Position numbers and translations under genes: made by a program
Assembly (NCBI GenBank): GCA_963787415.1
Contig: CAWBCO010000002.1
Location: 84,962 to 148,961 of the forward strand
Length of the DNA stretch: 64,000 nucleotides
Origin: an uncultured Solirubrobacterales bacterium
GTDB lineage: Bacteria; Actinomycetota; Thermoleophilia; Solirubrobacterales; 70-9
Direction of reading: 5' to 3'
The notes under the pieces: generated by a model
Told to the model about the DNA's origin: nothing
The model's input: only the letters and a program-made list of their open reading frames with translations
Database searches by the model: none
In this document: positions 45,501-56,202 of the stretch, piece by piece
How positions within the stretch are numbered: the first letter of the stretch is position 1
Layout: each line of letters starts with the position of its first letter

Positions 45501-47265
45501 CGTTGTTACCGACGAATGAGCCGTGCAGCTGGGCGCCGCCTGCTTTGATCATCGTCGCGGCTTCTGTGCTTAACCCTTCGACGGCTGGCCCGAGGGTCGT
45601 AAACCTAACGTCTTCACCGACGCTCGTACCCAGCCCATTGGTGGCGACCACTCGATAGTGATAGGTGATTTCTGCGCTAAGACCGAGGAGATCAAAATGT
45701 ACTTGGGTTGGGCTCGGACCGGCGGGAGAACCGGCGTCTTCTCCCGGCGGGATCGCAGTTTTGTGACCGTAGCCTTCTGTTTCGCCCCATTCAAAGTAGT
45801 AGTGGGTGTCTTCGCCATCTCCCACAAAGGATGCATTCAGCGTTGCCGCCGTTTTCGCAAGCCCAGTCGCCCCTTCGGTCGTAATCTGCGAGACGTAGTG
45901 TGGAATGAACGTTTGATCCCGGCCCTTCTTGACACCGTTCGCGTTGCTGACCACGATGCGATAGTGATATCGAGTCTCGGTCGAAAGGCCGCTGATCGTT
46001 GCGCTGGCTTCCGTCGTAGCGTCGTAGGGCGTCGCGGGTCCGCAAGGGACTTTCGATCCATATGAGGTCGTCGGTCCGTATTCGAAACTGCAGGACTCCA
46101 CGTCTCCGCCTTCATTGGGATCTACCGTCGCCGACAATGTGGCGGTGGTTGGGGTTATGCCGGTCACGGTCTCGTTACTGATCTTCGGGATGACGACGTT
46201 TGGGGTGAAGATGTCGACCGCCCCTTTCCCAGCGTCCGCCACATAAACGTAGCCTTCCGAATTGACTGCGATGCCACCGGTGAGTCCGGTAAAGTTTTCC
46301 CCTTCAGAGGGTCCGGTGAGTTGATCCAGGTATTCCCCAGAGGAGGAGAACTCATCAACGACTTGGTTTCCGCTGTCGATGATGAGTACGTTTCCGTTTG
46401 TTGGATCCACCGCGACGCCAGTCAGGTCGCTGCTGAAGGCGGTGGGTGCCCCAGCGCCGGTGAATTCTTGGACGAACGTCCCGCTTTCGTCGAACTCATC
46501 AACTACGCTTTTCGCCTGATCGACTACATAAAGATTCCCTTGGGTATCGGTCGCAACATTCTGAATGCCCCCGAAGTTCCCGCTTGGCGTCCCGGTAAGT
46601 TCGTTTCCACTTATATAGGTCTTTCCCGGCTGCCCGGATGCACTAAACGGGGCTTCCGTGTGGTTTCCGACGAATGCCGTAACGCCGTCACAGCTGCGGG
46701 CGATGTAGACGCGGCCATTCGAAGGGCCGGATGAATTGTCGACCGCAACTCGATCTGTCCCGCAGCTATTTTTCGTTTTCCATTCTTCCGTGAAACTACC
46801 CAGGCCGCTTTCGTACACGTCAACCACCACTGGACCAGAGTCGGCAACGTAGAGGTGGCCATTTGCATTATTTAGGGCGATGCTCAGTATGTATCCGCCA
46901 TGGTGGCCACCACCATTCTGGGTTCCGAGCAGTGTTTGTGATGGGTACGCATTGTACTCAGAGATCAAACCCCCACTTCCGTAATCATCAATCCAGACGT
47001 CGCCACCTCCATCGATGGCGAGGCCCTGGGGGTTTCCAAAACCCGTGATCTGGGAGTCAAACGTCCGATCGGCGAAAGCGGGAGAAGCGGTGATTGCAAC
47101 GATGACCAGAGACGCGAAAGCGGCGAGGAGCGCGCTAATACCCAAGGGAATCCTCCGGCACTCTGATGGCGTGGACGACCAGTCTCTGCTGCGGGCATTC
47201 AATGAGCTTAGGGTTGGAAGCAGGCCCTGCAGCGCCCCCCGCCTTGTGCTGCCGCGCCTGATCAT
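42535..47265 (-). CDS. giant secreted protein: NHL-repeat propeller, five FN3-like repeats, PD40/TolB-like repeats, Cys motif and poly-basic tail
   Basis: 1576-aa intact ORF with signal peptide GISALLAAFASLVIVAITASPAFA. NHL-like GHLYVADSG, GNLYVVDQAKSVVDEF, NVLIIDSGNQVVDEF, GYVYVADAGKGAVDIF. FN3-like repeats with Y(Y/F)FE(Y/W)G ... YHYR.VA.N. PD40-like SADGSHFIF, SKDGSRIIV, SEDGSKVFF, TNDGRVFF. Tail KCLKKHRKTNRHHGSPRHHRRSR. Confidence 0.75.
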   Translation of the reverse strand: MIRRGSTRRGALQGLLPTLSSLNARSRDWSSTPSECRRIPLGISALLAAFASLVIVAITASPAFADRTFDSQITGFGNPQGLAIDGGGDVWIDDYGSGGLISEYNAYPSQTLLGTQNGGGHHGGYILSIALNNANGHLYVADSGPVVVDVYESGLGSFTEEWKTKNSCGTDRVAVDNSSGPSNGRVYIARSCDGVTAFVGNHTEAPFSASGQPGKTYISGNELTGTPSGNFGGIQNVATDTQGNLYVVDQAKSVVDEFDESGTFVQEFTGAGAPTAFSSDLTGVAVDPTNGNVLIIDSGNQVVDEFSSSGEYLDQLTGPSEGENFTGLTGGIAVNSEGYVYVADAGKGAVDIFTPNVVIPKISNETVTGITPTTATLSATVDPNEGGDVESCSFEYGPTTSYGSKVPCGPATPYDATTEASATISGLSTETRYHYRIVVSNANGVKKGRDQTFIPHYVSQITTEGATGLAKTAATLNASFVGDGEDTHYYFEWGETEGYGHKTAIPPGEDAGSPAGPSPTQVHFDLLGLSAEITYHYRVVATNGLGTSVGEDVRFTTLGPAVEGLSTEAATMIKAGGAQLHGSFVGNNEDTDYYFEWGESESYGQTTATPPGEDAGSPSGPTPTAEAATLTGLHTETAYHYRFVATNGIGTTYGSDQTFTTTGAVGELETEEPTELDGTTATFHGSFNAEPLDTHYYFSYSYYSCQWSESTPPELETCGSGPTLEAPVGGADAGVPSGPTKVSLPVTGLEPDAEYSVSIVASNSLGTSVGPAKSFKTPPAPPEFRKIATAEVHTDVATVAAEIYPGESNATNFNEPGAKYTEYYFEYGSNNCAISQCLSTPKTTMGRGTTFESVTGDLENLTPGTTYHWRVAAVNTNKLTPTFGPDETFTTFPFVELGHDPCPNAHQRQQTGAAGLLDCRAYERVSSPNAGGYDVESDLVPGEAPFGGFSQAESPPRILYGVHDGGISGTGHPTNDGVDPYVATRTAEGWSTEYVGIPSNIDPASDPFSSTVAEATPNLETFAFSGEALCAPCFGEGIETGIPLHLPSGSLVQGMAGSIQPPISAKPDGHIAKYFSADGSHFIFGSVSQFEPDANNNGDVSIYDRDLSTGQTHVVSKTPQGENLPCLQGSGSCHSPGDPNGIAELDISKDGSRIIVAQKVSEDADHNVYWHPYMDIGDSSKTIDLAPGSTSGVLYDGMSEDGSKVFFTTKDKLLAQDTDESADLYQAEVSPEGNLKLQLLSTGTEGAGNSNACDPVANEAGAHWNSLEASPNCGVVAIGGGGGVASEDGTVYFLSPELLDGTSNGTANQPNLYVVRPGSAPQFVATLAPNDPTVVDGVKEAGTRHTADFQVTPSGEYAAFDTTQKLDEYENTGHSEVYRYGALSGKLDCVSCKSTGVAPSGPATLASNGLSLTNDGRVFFNSGDALVLRDTDNKQDVYEWENGTVQLISSGASAFDSSLLSASATGTDVYFFTRDSLAPQDQSGPVVKVYDAREFGGFAYTPPPVPCQASDECHGPGTPAPPQPNVHVNPGNSGNAPSQAQSKCKHDFLRRHGKCLKKHRKTNRHHGSPRHHRRSR

Positions 47266-47298
47266 TGCCCCACGACCCGCGCCCGCTTCAGGTGGCGC

Positions 47299-50077
47299 TT
47301 AGCCGTGTTCGCACGGCAGGGTGTCGCCAGCTTCTGATTCTGGTTGTCGCTTGCCCCGATTTTGGCCAACGATTTGCGCCAGCGCCCCCAGCGGCGCCTT
47401 GCAGATGTTGGCACTGTTGACAAGGAGGCCCTTCTTGCCGCCGTCGAGGCGAAGATTGAACCTAGAGATGGGCGCATCGGGTACCGTTTTGAAGGAGGTA
47501 CGCAGGTGACCATCGATCGTTTCGATCTTGCCGTCCAGGTCGATGTCGATCTGACCGTCCAGGGCGGCAACGACGTCGGGCAGTCCGCTCTTGTTTTCTG
47601 GAGCAGAGCGCAGATACACCGGGCCCTCAAGCGGCTTTTCAAGCAACGGGGTTTCCGCCATGGCGGTACCGATGATCGAGCCCGCTGGGCATTTGTTGGC
47701 GGCGAATTGGACCCCGGTGCAGGGGTCTTTGATGTGTGCGTTGTCGATCAACTCCGATTGAGGCAGGGTGACCGCGGTTGAGGCTATATTCGCTTCGCCG
47801 GGCTTGGCGCTCAGGTTGGCGTCGAGGCGGGATTACCGCTGTGCTTGGTCGATCCGGAGAGCTTCAGCGCAAGCTTGGGGGCGAAGGGGAGGGTGAAACA
47901 GTTGGTGGCCTGGAAATGCTCGCTCGGGGTCGCCAAGCCTCCTTCTTCGCCGACCAATTCGGCGTCGACTGAAAGTGGGCTGCAGTTGGTCGGTTGAGGG
48001 TGAAGCCAGGACGATTCAGATCTATTTGGAGCGATCGCAGCCGCAGGGAACTCCGTCAAGGATCCTGGGCAACGGGCCGAACATCGCGGTGATCTGTGCG
48101 GTCTCGGGGTTGACGTCCAGAGCGGCTCGAACGACGACATTTCCGAGATCATATGGACCCGAGATCGCCGGCGTGATCACCGCGAGGGAGAGCGGAGCCC
48201 CATTGTATGGTCCCGCCAGATAGACGCGCCCCTCAAGATAGACGGGATGGGCGCCGGCCCCAGCGCCGGTAGCTGCGGTTCCAATCAGCGAAGATCCCGG
48301 ACAGACGGGGGCTGATTCCTCTTCCCTCCCCGTGTAGCCGGTACTGGCCGCTTTTGCCAAAGCGGAATCCGAACAGTATTCAGTTCCGGCCAACTTCGCA
48401 GCGAATCCAGGCGGAGTCGTGACCTTAACAACACTCAAATTCTGGTCACCGTCCTTGCGGGCGATTTCGACAGTGAACGGGGAGTGAGCACCACCGGTAC
48501 TATTTAGCGCTGACGCCGTAAAGCTCGGGTCAAATGGTCGACGCGGTCCAGGACAGGGCGTTTCGTCAGGGCCGATTCCAAGGTAAAGTACTGAACCGAG
48601 GTCTGATCGGACAGCTGGGCATCCAAAGGCATGAACTACTAGTGACCGGAAAGGTTCCGCACTGAGTCGGTGTAGCCAGCAGCCCACGTTCAGATCCGAA
48701 AAAATGAGAATTAAATTCTGAAACTGGACTCTGAGGAAGATTTTCAAAGGAAACGGTTAGCTGCCCGGTTTGGGGGTCGGATACACCGATCCAATAAGCT
48801 TCACGTGAGTAGCGATCGATCAGCCGTCAACAAATAAGCCGATAGCGATCGTTGGGTTCAGGCGTACCGAGATAGATATAGCCGGGAATCGGCCCTGGAA
48901 GCGCACTGCTGGTCAGTGTTACCGATCCTACCTTCGAGAATTCTGGGCACAAAGCTGCTTCCATGGTCCCCAGCCTGGCTTCTGCGTTTGTGCAGGAGGT
49001 CTTTCCGTCGGCGGCATTAGGGTTGATCGAAAACCCACGCGGAAGCGTCAACGGTAAGAGATCAATCTCCGACGGAGACGGCGACGAGGCGCTCTGCTCC
49101 TGGGGAACACTGAGGTCCACGGCAAGGCCCGAAGCCGAATCTGCCTGCGTAGTCGTTGGCTGGGCGTAAAGGCTCGGATTAAAGCTGAGCTGGTCACAGC
49201 CAGTAGTCGCAGGATAGGTCTGTTCGTCTTGGGTAACGCTTAAGTCATAGCCAAGGATTTCCAGTGAAACAGGAAGCGGACCCGTGCAGGTAGTGGGACC
49301 GTCGAGAAATGGAATTGCGGGACTACTCGAACGGCGTCGGCGAGAAACAAGGCCAAGTGTCCGGAGAGGGCGGATAATAATTACCGCAGGTCTGGTCCTT
49401 TCCTTGGGAATTAAACGGTGCCCGTTCTGCGTCATGACTCGAACTATCGGGCACGCCCCACAGCGCAATACGAACACCTTCTGGCGGAATTGCGCGTGCT
49501 CAAGTCCCGGCGCTATGGTCGCATCAAGACCATAGTCACTATTGGTTCGCGCGCTGAGAACAATAAACGCCGGGGTGCTCGTAAAGGGGATGTAGAACCC
49601 CACAAGCCCCGCCTGTTCGATATGGGCACGAGATTGTAGAGGGCAGCTGGAAAATAGGAATTAAACAGAATGCTATGTACAACTCCGACCTGTGAATCGG
49701 GAGGGCAAGTATGCTCACCTCGAACTCAACGGCCTGCGGGCATCGTGGAGTCGCGTGCGGATTGCCAATTACGCCTGTGGGCAGATGGGTCGTTATGTTC
49801 TCAGCGTCCTGGCAGAAGCAGCTGGTTGGAAAGTTTTGCAGATCTCGATTCTTGAACTTGAATTCCGTGACGTAGATCTGGATGACCGCCGGCCTGAGTA
49901 GTAGAGGGGGTCGCGGAAAAGCTGATTATCGAGAATTTCCGCCTGAGCCGAAGCCGCAAAGCAAGCGAGCCCAAGGACCGGCCCCAAGATGAGTCCGACA
50001 TACCTGATGGCAATACGCGCCCACCGGCCCGAGCCCGCGAATCCACCGTTCTTGCGCTCCGCGGTCGATTGGCTCAT
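47299..50077 (-). pseudogene. partner protein B, heavily decayed paralogue of 39709-42524
   Basis: Homologous pieces lie in at least five frames or ORFs (49793-50077, 48827-49603, 48022-48747, 47811-48152, 47299-47751), including STTQAGGHPDL, PATTGCDQLSFNP and GPYNGAPLSLAVITPAISGPYDLGNVVVRAAL. AT-richer patches occur near 48.6-48.8 and 49.6-49.7 kb. Confidence 0.7.
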
Positions 50078-53000
50078 CGATAGCCTCCAAAGACCGACGC
50101 GCTTCCGTGCCTATGGGTCCGCACTCTCCCCCGCGGGGACCGCTTTCGTGAATGTCCCCTGCGGTGCTTGACGCGATGGGGTCTGCGCCGAACACGTTTC
50201 GAAGATCCGTTTTTCAGCACGTTACCGCCGGAGCCGACAAAGGCTCCGGTTCCATTGGAGCTCGGTGTCGGAGCCGAACTGCCAGAGCCGTGACACTCGT
50301 CTGCCGCCGCACACGGAGCCGCAGGGGGGACGAAGGGAAAGCCACCGTCAACTCGGGCGTCGTAGAACTTCAAGGAGTTGCCGTTGTGGTCCTGCCCGAC
50401 CAGCGAATCATAGGTTGAGAAGTAAGCGTCGGTTCCATTCGCGCTTACTCCGACCAAACCCGCAGTTGACAGTACTTCGTCTCCCAATATGCTGAGTCCG
50501 CTGTCGTTTTCGCCGGTTCCGGCGGAAATGAGCTGGGGTCGGCCGTCGACGTACTCATAAACATCGCGTACTTCATCGGTGTCCTGAGGTACGAGAGCAT
50601 CACCGGTCGAAAAGAACGCACGACCATCGCTTGTCATGAATCGACCGTTGAGACTCGCCTCAACATCGGTGGTGGGAGAAGCGCCATCGGGAAGGCATGA
50701 GACGCACACCAGGGCTTGGGTAGAAGGATCATATGTATACATCTCAAGATATCCCGCGTTTTCGTAGGAGGTGACCTTATCGGCCGTAAGAAACGCCATA
50801 GGGCTTCATCAGGAGAGACCTGCATCCTCACGATCGGACCCGCACTGCATGACGACGAGCCATTAAGGCAATAGGTCCCCGGGGTGAAGGTAGTCACATA
50901 CTGATCCACGCCATCGCGATAGGCATAGAGATTTTGAGCCCCTTCAGACCCCCGATTGCCATCGAGCTTCTGCGGTGAGTAAAAATAGACATCGCCACTT
51001 TCTTCTGCGACCGAGTTGTCCGAGATCCCGTTTCCGCCAAGGCCATCTTGGAAATCCTCATAATTTGCATCGCGGCCCGTTTCATACGGAACCACGCCGC
51101 ACTTAGTGGTCCAGGACGCGTCGCACGCATCGGAGTTGCCAGCCTGATTTTCTCCCAAAGAAACCAGGGAAATCTTGTTGGTCGCTTCGCTCCACATGTA
51201 GAGATCGGTGCTTGAGTCCGTATCGGAGGAAGTAAGCTGTTCTTCAGAGGTAAAGTACACCTTTGAACCATCGTTGGTCATGCCTACGAACTTGACATCA
51301 TGGCCCTGGGATACGTCATAGGTAACCGCGTCGTTGACCCGCATATAGAGCTTGCGTTCCACCGGTTCCCGATTCGGGTCTGAGCATCCCGAGAGGACGC
51401 ACGTTGCCGAGTTCTTCGTCGACATAAGGATGCGTGAGCCATCTGTCGACACAGCCGGAAACGAGATGAAGTCGTATTGGTCGCCCAAGTCGCCTGACTC
51501 CTGCGGAATGTTCGCGCCACTTTCCGTTTTGGAGATCAGAGTGACCGTTCCGGTCTGAAGGTTATTGTCGTAGGCGGAACCTGGAGCGCTCGTCAAGCTT
51601 TCAGGTGCAAAGGCTGGGCCCGGTGTGCTACCGCCTGAAAACTGATCGAAGTGCGTGAGCGCCGCGGACGAAAAGAAGTAATGAGTGAAATCCGGAGAGG
51701 CCTGGGTGGCGCCATAGAGGTTTTCTCCTTCTTCAACCGTGCTCACATTGGTCGGTAGGCGACCGAGTTCGTCCCCATTGGCGTCCCAGAGATATGGGGC
51801 ATAGGAGCCAACATCTTCTGGCCCTTCAGGTCCTGAGAATCCACCTCCGTCTCCGTCATTCCAATCGATGAATTGGTCCATGTTGAGGTCGGTCAGCTCA
51901 CCGCCAGGGGCAGAGAGAATAAAGCCGCTCTGCGCGGGAGGCCGACCCGCCTCGTTTGTTTGATTTCCGTGAATCCCGACATAGTGCGTGACCCATCCTG
52001 TGTTGGTGCGGGTCGCGACATAGAGGTCGCCGAGGTTGTTGATCGCATCCCCAGCGCCGGGAACCGTCCCCAACAGCCCGCCAAAGGAGAGGCGGGACGG
52101 ATTGGTCGCAACGGATGAATTTGGTCCTTCCGGAAAGAGGGCGGTCCCTCCGGCGTATTCTGGAGAGACAAGCTCATAGGCTCGACAGTCGGGTAGGTAC
52201 TGGGCGCCGGTCTGCTGTCGAATGTATTCATTTGGACATGGCGGCGGAAAGAAGCCGAAAGTCTGATCTTCGCTCGCAGTCGTCCCCAAGGCGTTGGTGG
52301 CCACGATTCGGAAGTGGTAGGTGGCGCCCTTGGTCAGCCCGGCGATCTCGACGCCGACGGGATGGGCCACGTCTGCCGATCCGATTTCGACATCGGGGAT
52401 TGGGGCGCTGAATCCGTAGGTTGCGGTAGTTCCGTATTCGAAGTGATAATGCGTGTCGAGGCCCTCGGGGTCGACCTTTGCGTTCAAGTGAGCGCTTTCT
52501 GCGGCAAGTCCTGACGAGGAGACACCTTCAACGGAGGGCGGCTGGAACTTGAAACTTGGAGCCGCCACGTTGGGGGTTCCTGCTGCATTTGAGACGGCGA
52601 GCCGGTACCTGTATGTCGTTTCAGGAGGCAATCCCGATATGTCGGCGCTGACGGCGGACGGTCCAGTCCCGGAAGGCGTCGGATTACACGGGACGCCATG
52701 GCCAAGGTTGAATGGATTGTGGGCGGCCGGTTGATAGCTGGCTTCGTCCACGTATTCGAACATGCAGGTCGTGATCGGGCCGCCACCATTGGGATCGACC
52801 GTCGCATTCAGGGTCGCGCTGGTCTCGGCCGCGGTTCCATTTGTCACACCTTCATATGTCACCTTGGGCAAACTGAAGGTGGGACTGAAGATGTCGACAA
52901 GGTGGTGAGTGACATCCGGAACATAGAGATATCCGCTGCTACTCACGCCGACTCCCCCCGGGTCAAAGCTATCGTAGCCAAGGGAGCCCGCGGGGGTTTC

Positions 53001-53900
53001 AGCGCCTGTGATCTTTGTCTGGTAAGTGCCCGATGAATTGAATTCATCGACGACAGCCGGTTCTTCATCTTCGCCGGCGTGTTCTCCTCGGTCAACCGCA
53101 AGGATGTCGCCCGTCGTCGGATCCGTCGTAACGGCGGTCACATCTCCGAACGGTTCACCCGGGGGGCCGGTGATTTCACGAATGAATACGCCAGAGGGTT
53201 CGAACTCATCGATCACATTGCGTCCCTGCTCTCCGAACTGCCCCTGCTTGGCGTCTACAACAAGAATATCTCCGCTTGTGGCGACCGCGACTCCCACTGG
53301 TGCGCCAAAATGGGCGCTAGGCGTCCCGGTCAGCTGATTGCCAGAGATATAGCTAGCAGAGGCAGTGAATTCGACAGGGTTTCCGCTTGAATCCACCGAG
53401 TTCACGGTGGCCCCTTCGGTTTCAGCCGCGTAGACGCGTCCTTTATTGGGTCCACTCGTGTTATCAACAGCAACGAAGACATTTCCGTTACCGAAGGGAC
53501 CGAGGGTATTGAGGAGGGTCCCCGTCGATGAGAAGCGGTCGACTGTGTCTCCGCAGGAAGTCGCGGCATAGAGATCGTCATCTGATTCATCAACCGCCAA
53601 GCTGTAAACCCTTTCCCCGTTACAGCTAAAGCTTGAACCGGTGATGTGCTCAGCTAGTCGTTCGTTGGCGGAGTTGAATTTGTATATGCCGCCTCCAGCG
53701 TCTCCGATCCAGGCGTTGTTAGCTGAGTCGGTGGCAGCGGCCAACGGGGTTGCGAGTTCGGTGGTCAGTTGAGATTCATAGGTGCGCCCGGCGAAAGCCG
53801 GGGCGGCAGTGAGAGCCAATGCGCCGAGTGAAACAATGAGGGCAGCAAGAGCAATGCACGGGCCTCTGCGTTGGACCGGGGCAATTGGACAGGTGATCGC
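50074..53900 (-). pseudogene. second giant NHL / FN3-like / PD40-like secreted protein, frameshift near 50800 and no start codon ahead of its signal peptide
   Basis: The 1061-aa ORF (50634-53819) ends in junk. The homologous C-terminus (MAFLTADKVTSYEN ... PCAAADECHGSG ... basic tail) continues in the 50074-50799 frame. In-frame upstream codons read VQRRGPCIALAALIVSLGALALTAAPAFA, but only the TTG at 53819 is available as a start. Confidence 0.65.
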
Positions 53901-54670
53901 GCGCCCAACTCGGTCTCGATTGACCTTTTGCAGCTGTCAAGGCGTCCGAGATCTCGATCCTAGGTCTCTCACCCTCTGCCCCACTTGGGCGCACCGCCCG
54001 TAGGTGGGAGCCCCGAAACTCGGGTCACTGCGATGGAATCTGGTTCCACTCTTGGAGGGAAAGCTGCATCACAGACGCCGCCCGAACGGCCGAAGAAACC
54101 AGCAATGATGTTTGCGGTTGAGCGGCTTCTCACCCGTTCAAGCGCTAATCCCTCTAGTCCCATAACTCCCTGACTCAGCCCTCATATCGTTGGCTCAGAA
54201 AGCCCGGATCCCTGCAGACCCCTCCAATTTCGGGGATCAGGAGTGAGTTTATATGAGTAGGAAAGGATTTGTCAAGTAAGAAACTGTCCTACTGGCTTGG
54301 TGCGTACGGGTTGACTCCAACGCACGGGATGCCGCCTTGTGCTGGCGATCGGGCGGGATCTCTCGCCAAGAACGCCTATAGAAGCCGCGGGTGCGGCTGT
54401 GACGCCGCCACCGGGCAACAGACCGCGCGATGTCGGTTCCGATCATTTGGAGCTAACGGGTCCGCACCGCTGGCTTAGGACCGGGTCGATGGCCTGGCCG
54501 CACTGTCAACGGTTGGCCCGGTTCCACGAGAGAGCCCTCGGTCTGCTCATCGCTCCATTCTTGGCGCCCCTCCGAACGTACTCGATCTGATGTTTCGAGG
54601 AGCTCTGTATTGACAATCTGCTCAGCGGGTCGCGCCCGCAGCGGGAGAAGCGTGGGATCGCACCCTCGTG

Positions 54671-56179
54671 TTAAGGCACGCCGGCCGCCTCGGGCCGGTT
54701 CGTGGAGCTCGGAGTGCGGGCAGGTGAGCGAGAAAACCGCATCGTGCCGTCGTCGACGGCACCGAACCGCATCGTCCTGATGTCGATTGCGTAGTTCATT
54801 CCGAGGCGCCAAGGATCCCGGTTGCCCTGTTTGGGAAGCTGGTCCAGGGAGCGGAGAACGTAGCCAGCCGAGAAGTCCAAGAGGGGCTGCTCGGTGATCG
54901 AGGCGCCGCTGATCTCCGGCACGCACTTGTCAAAACCGCGAGCGTCCATGTGGTTTAGGACTCGGCAGGCGTATTCGGCGCTGAGGTCGGCTTTCAGCGT
55001 CCAGGAGGCGTTTGTATAGCCGACCGTGAAGGCGAGATTGGGGACGCCGCTCAGCATCATCCCTTTGTAGGCCAGGGTCTCAGAGAGATCCACAACGCTG
55101 CCGTCAACCGCCACCTCCATCCCACCCAAGAAGAGCAGGTTGAGCCCGGTGGCGGTGACGATCAGATCGGCTTTCAGCTCGGTGCCGGAGGCGAGCTTGA
55201 TCCCCTCCTCGGTGAAGGTGTCGACCTGATCGGTGACGACTGCGGCTCGCCCGCTTGAGATCTCCTTGAACAGATCGCCGTCTGGCACGACGCAAAGGCG
55301 CTGATCCCAGGGGTCATAGCGAGGCTTGAAATGGGTGTCGAGGTCATAGCCTTCGGGCAGTGCTCGCTCGAGGCCCCGGCGAATCAATGCCTTCATCAAG
55401 TGCGGGCGTCTTCTGCTCAGCTGATAGCTGAGCATCTGCAGCAAGACGTTCTTCCAGCGCACGATTGGGTAGGCGGCCCGATCGGGAAGCCGGCGTCGAA
55501 GGGCAGCTGCAATCGGATCCTCGGCTGGTAGCGAGACGACGTATGTAGGCGAGCGCTGCAGCATGGTCACCCCTGCGGCGCGCTTTGCCAGTGCCGGCAC
55601 CAGAGTCACGGCGGTAGCGCCGCTGCCGATCACCACCACCTCTTTGTCGGCGTACTCGACATCCTCGCCCCAGTGCTGAGGGTGCACGATTTGGCCGTGG
55701 AAGCGCTCGACTCCCTCGAAATCGGGAACGTAGCCCTGGTCATAGCTGTAATAGCCACTGCAGACCATCAGGAAGCCACAGCTGAGGCGCTCGGTTTCCC
55801 CGCTGTCGGAGCACTCCACCTCCAGGGTCCACCTAGACTCCGCCGTGGACCACGCTGCGCGAACAACCCGTCGCTGGAAGCGGATCTTCTCCTCGATCCC
55901 GTGATCGCGAGCGGTCTGGCGGACGTAGCCAAGGACGGATGACCCATCGGCGATCGACTTGGCCTCGGTCCAGGGCCGGAACCTGTAGCCGAGGGTGTGC
56001 ATGTCGGAGTCAGAGCGAATACCCGGGTAGCGGAACAGGTCCCAGGTCCCACCGAGCCGATCGCGTGCCTCGAGGATTGCGTAGGTCTTGCCCGGGCAGC
56101 GCTCCTGCAGGTGGTAGGCGGCGCCGACGCCGGAGATGCCTGCTCCAACGATGACAACGTCAAGATGCTCAAGCGACAT
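54671..56179 (-). CDS. flavin-dependent Baeyer-Villiger-type monooxygenase (EthA-like)
   Basis: DVVIVGAGISGVGAAYHL (FAD GxGxxG), FHGQIVHPQHW (the FxGxxxHxxxW fingerprint) and VVVIGSGATAV (NADPH GxGxxA). Confidence 0.8.
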   Translation of the reverse strand: MSLEHLDVVIVGAGISGVGAAYHLQERCPGKTYAILEARDRLGGTWDLFRYPGIRSDSDMHTLGYRFRPWTEAKSIADGSSVLGYVRQTARDHGIEEKIRFQRRVVRAAWSTAESRWTLEVECSDSGETERLSCGFLMVCSGYYSYDQGYVPDFEGVERFHGQIVHPQHWGEDVEYADKEVVVIGSGATAVTLVPALAKRAAGVTMLQRSPTYVVSLPAEDPIAAALRRRLPDRAAYPIVRWKNVLLQMLSYQLSRRRPHLMKALIRRGLERALPEGYDLDTHFKPRYDPWDQRLCVVPDGDLFKEISSGRAAVVTDQVDTFTEEGIKLASGTELKADLIVTATGLNLLFLGGMEVAVDGSVVDLSETLAYKGMMLSGVPNLAFTVGYTNASWTLKADLSAEYACRVLNHMDARGFDKCVPEISGASITEQPLLDFSAGYVLRSLDQLPKQGNRDPWRLGMNYAIDIRTMRFGAVDDGTMRFSRSPARTPSSTNRPEAAGVP

Positions 56180-56202
56180 TTCTCAACTCCATGCGTAGGG
56201 GT

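Noticed and set aside
42535-53900. Giant proteins considered as Rhs/polymorphic toxins
   Set aside because: No YD/RHS repeats, PAAR, LXG or C-terminal toxin-plus-immunity arrangement is present. The repeats are NHL, FN3-like and PD40-like.
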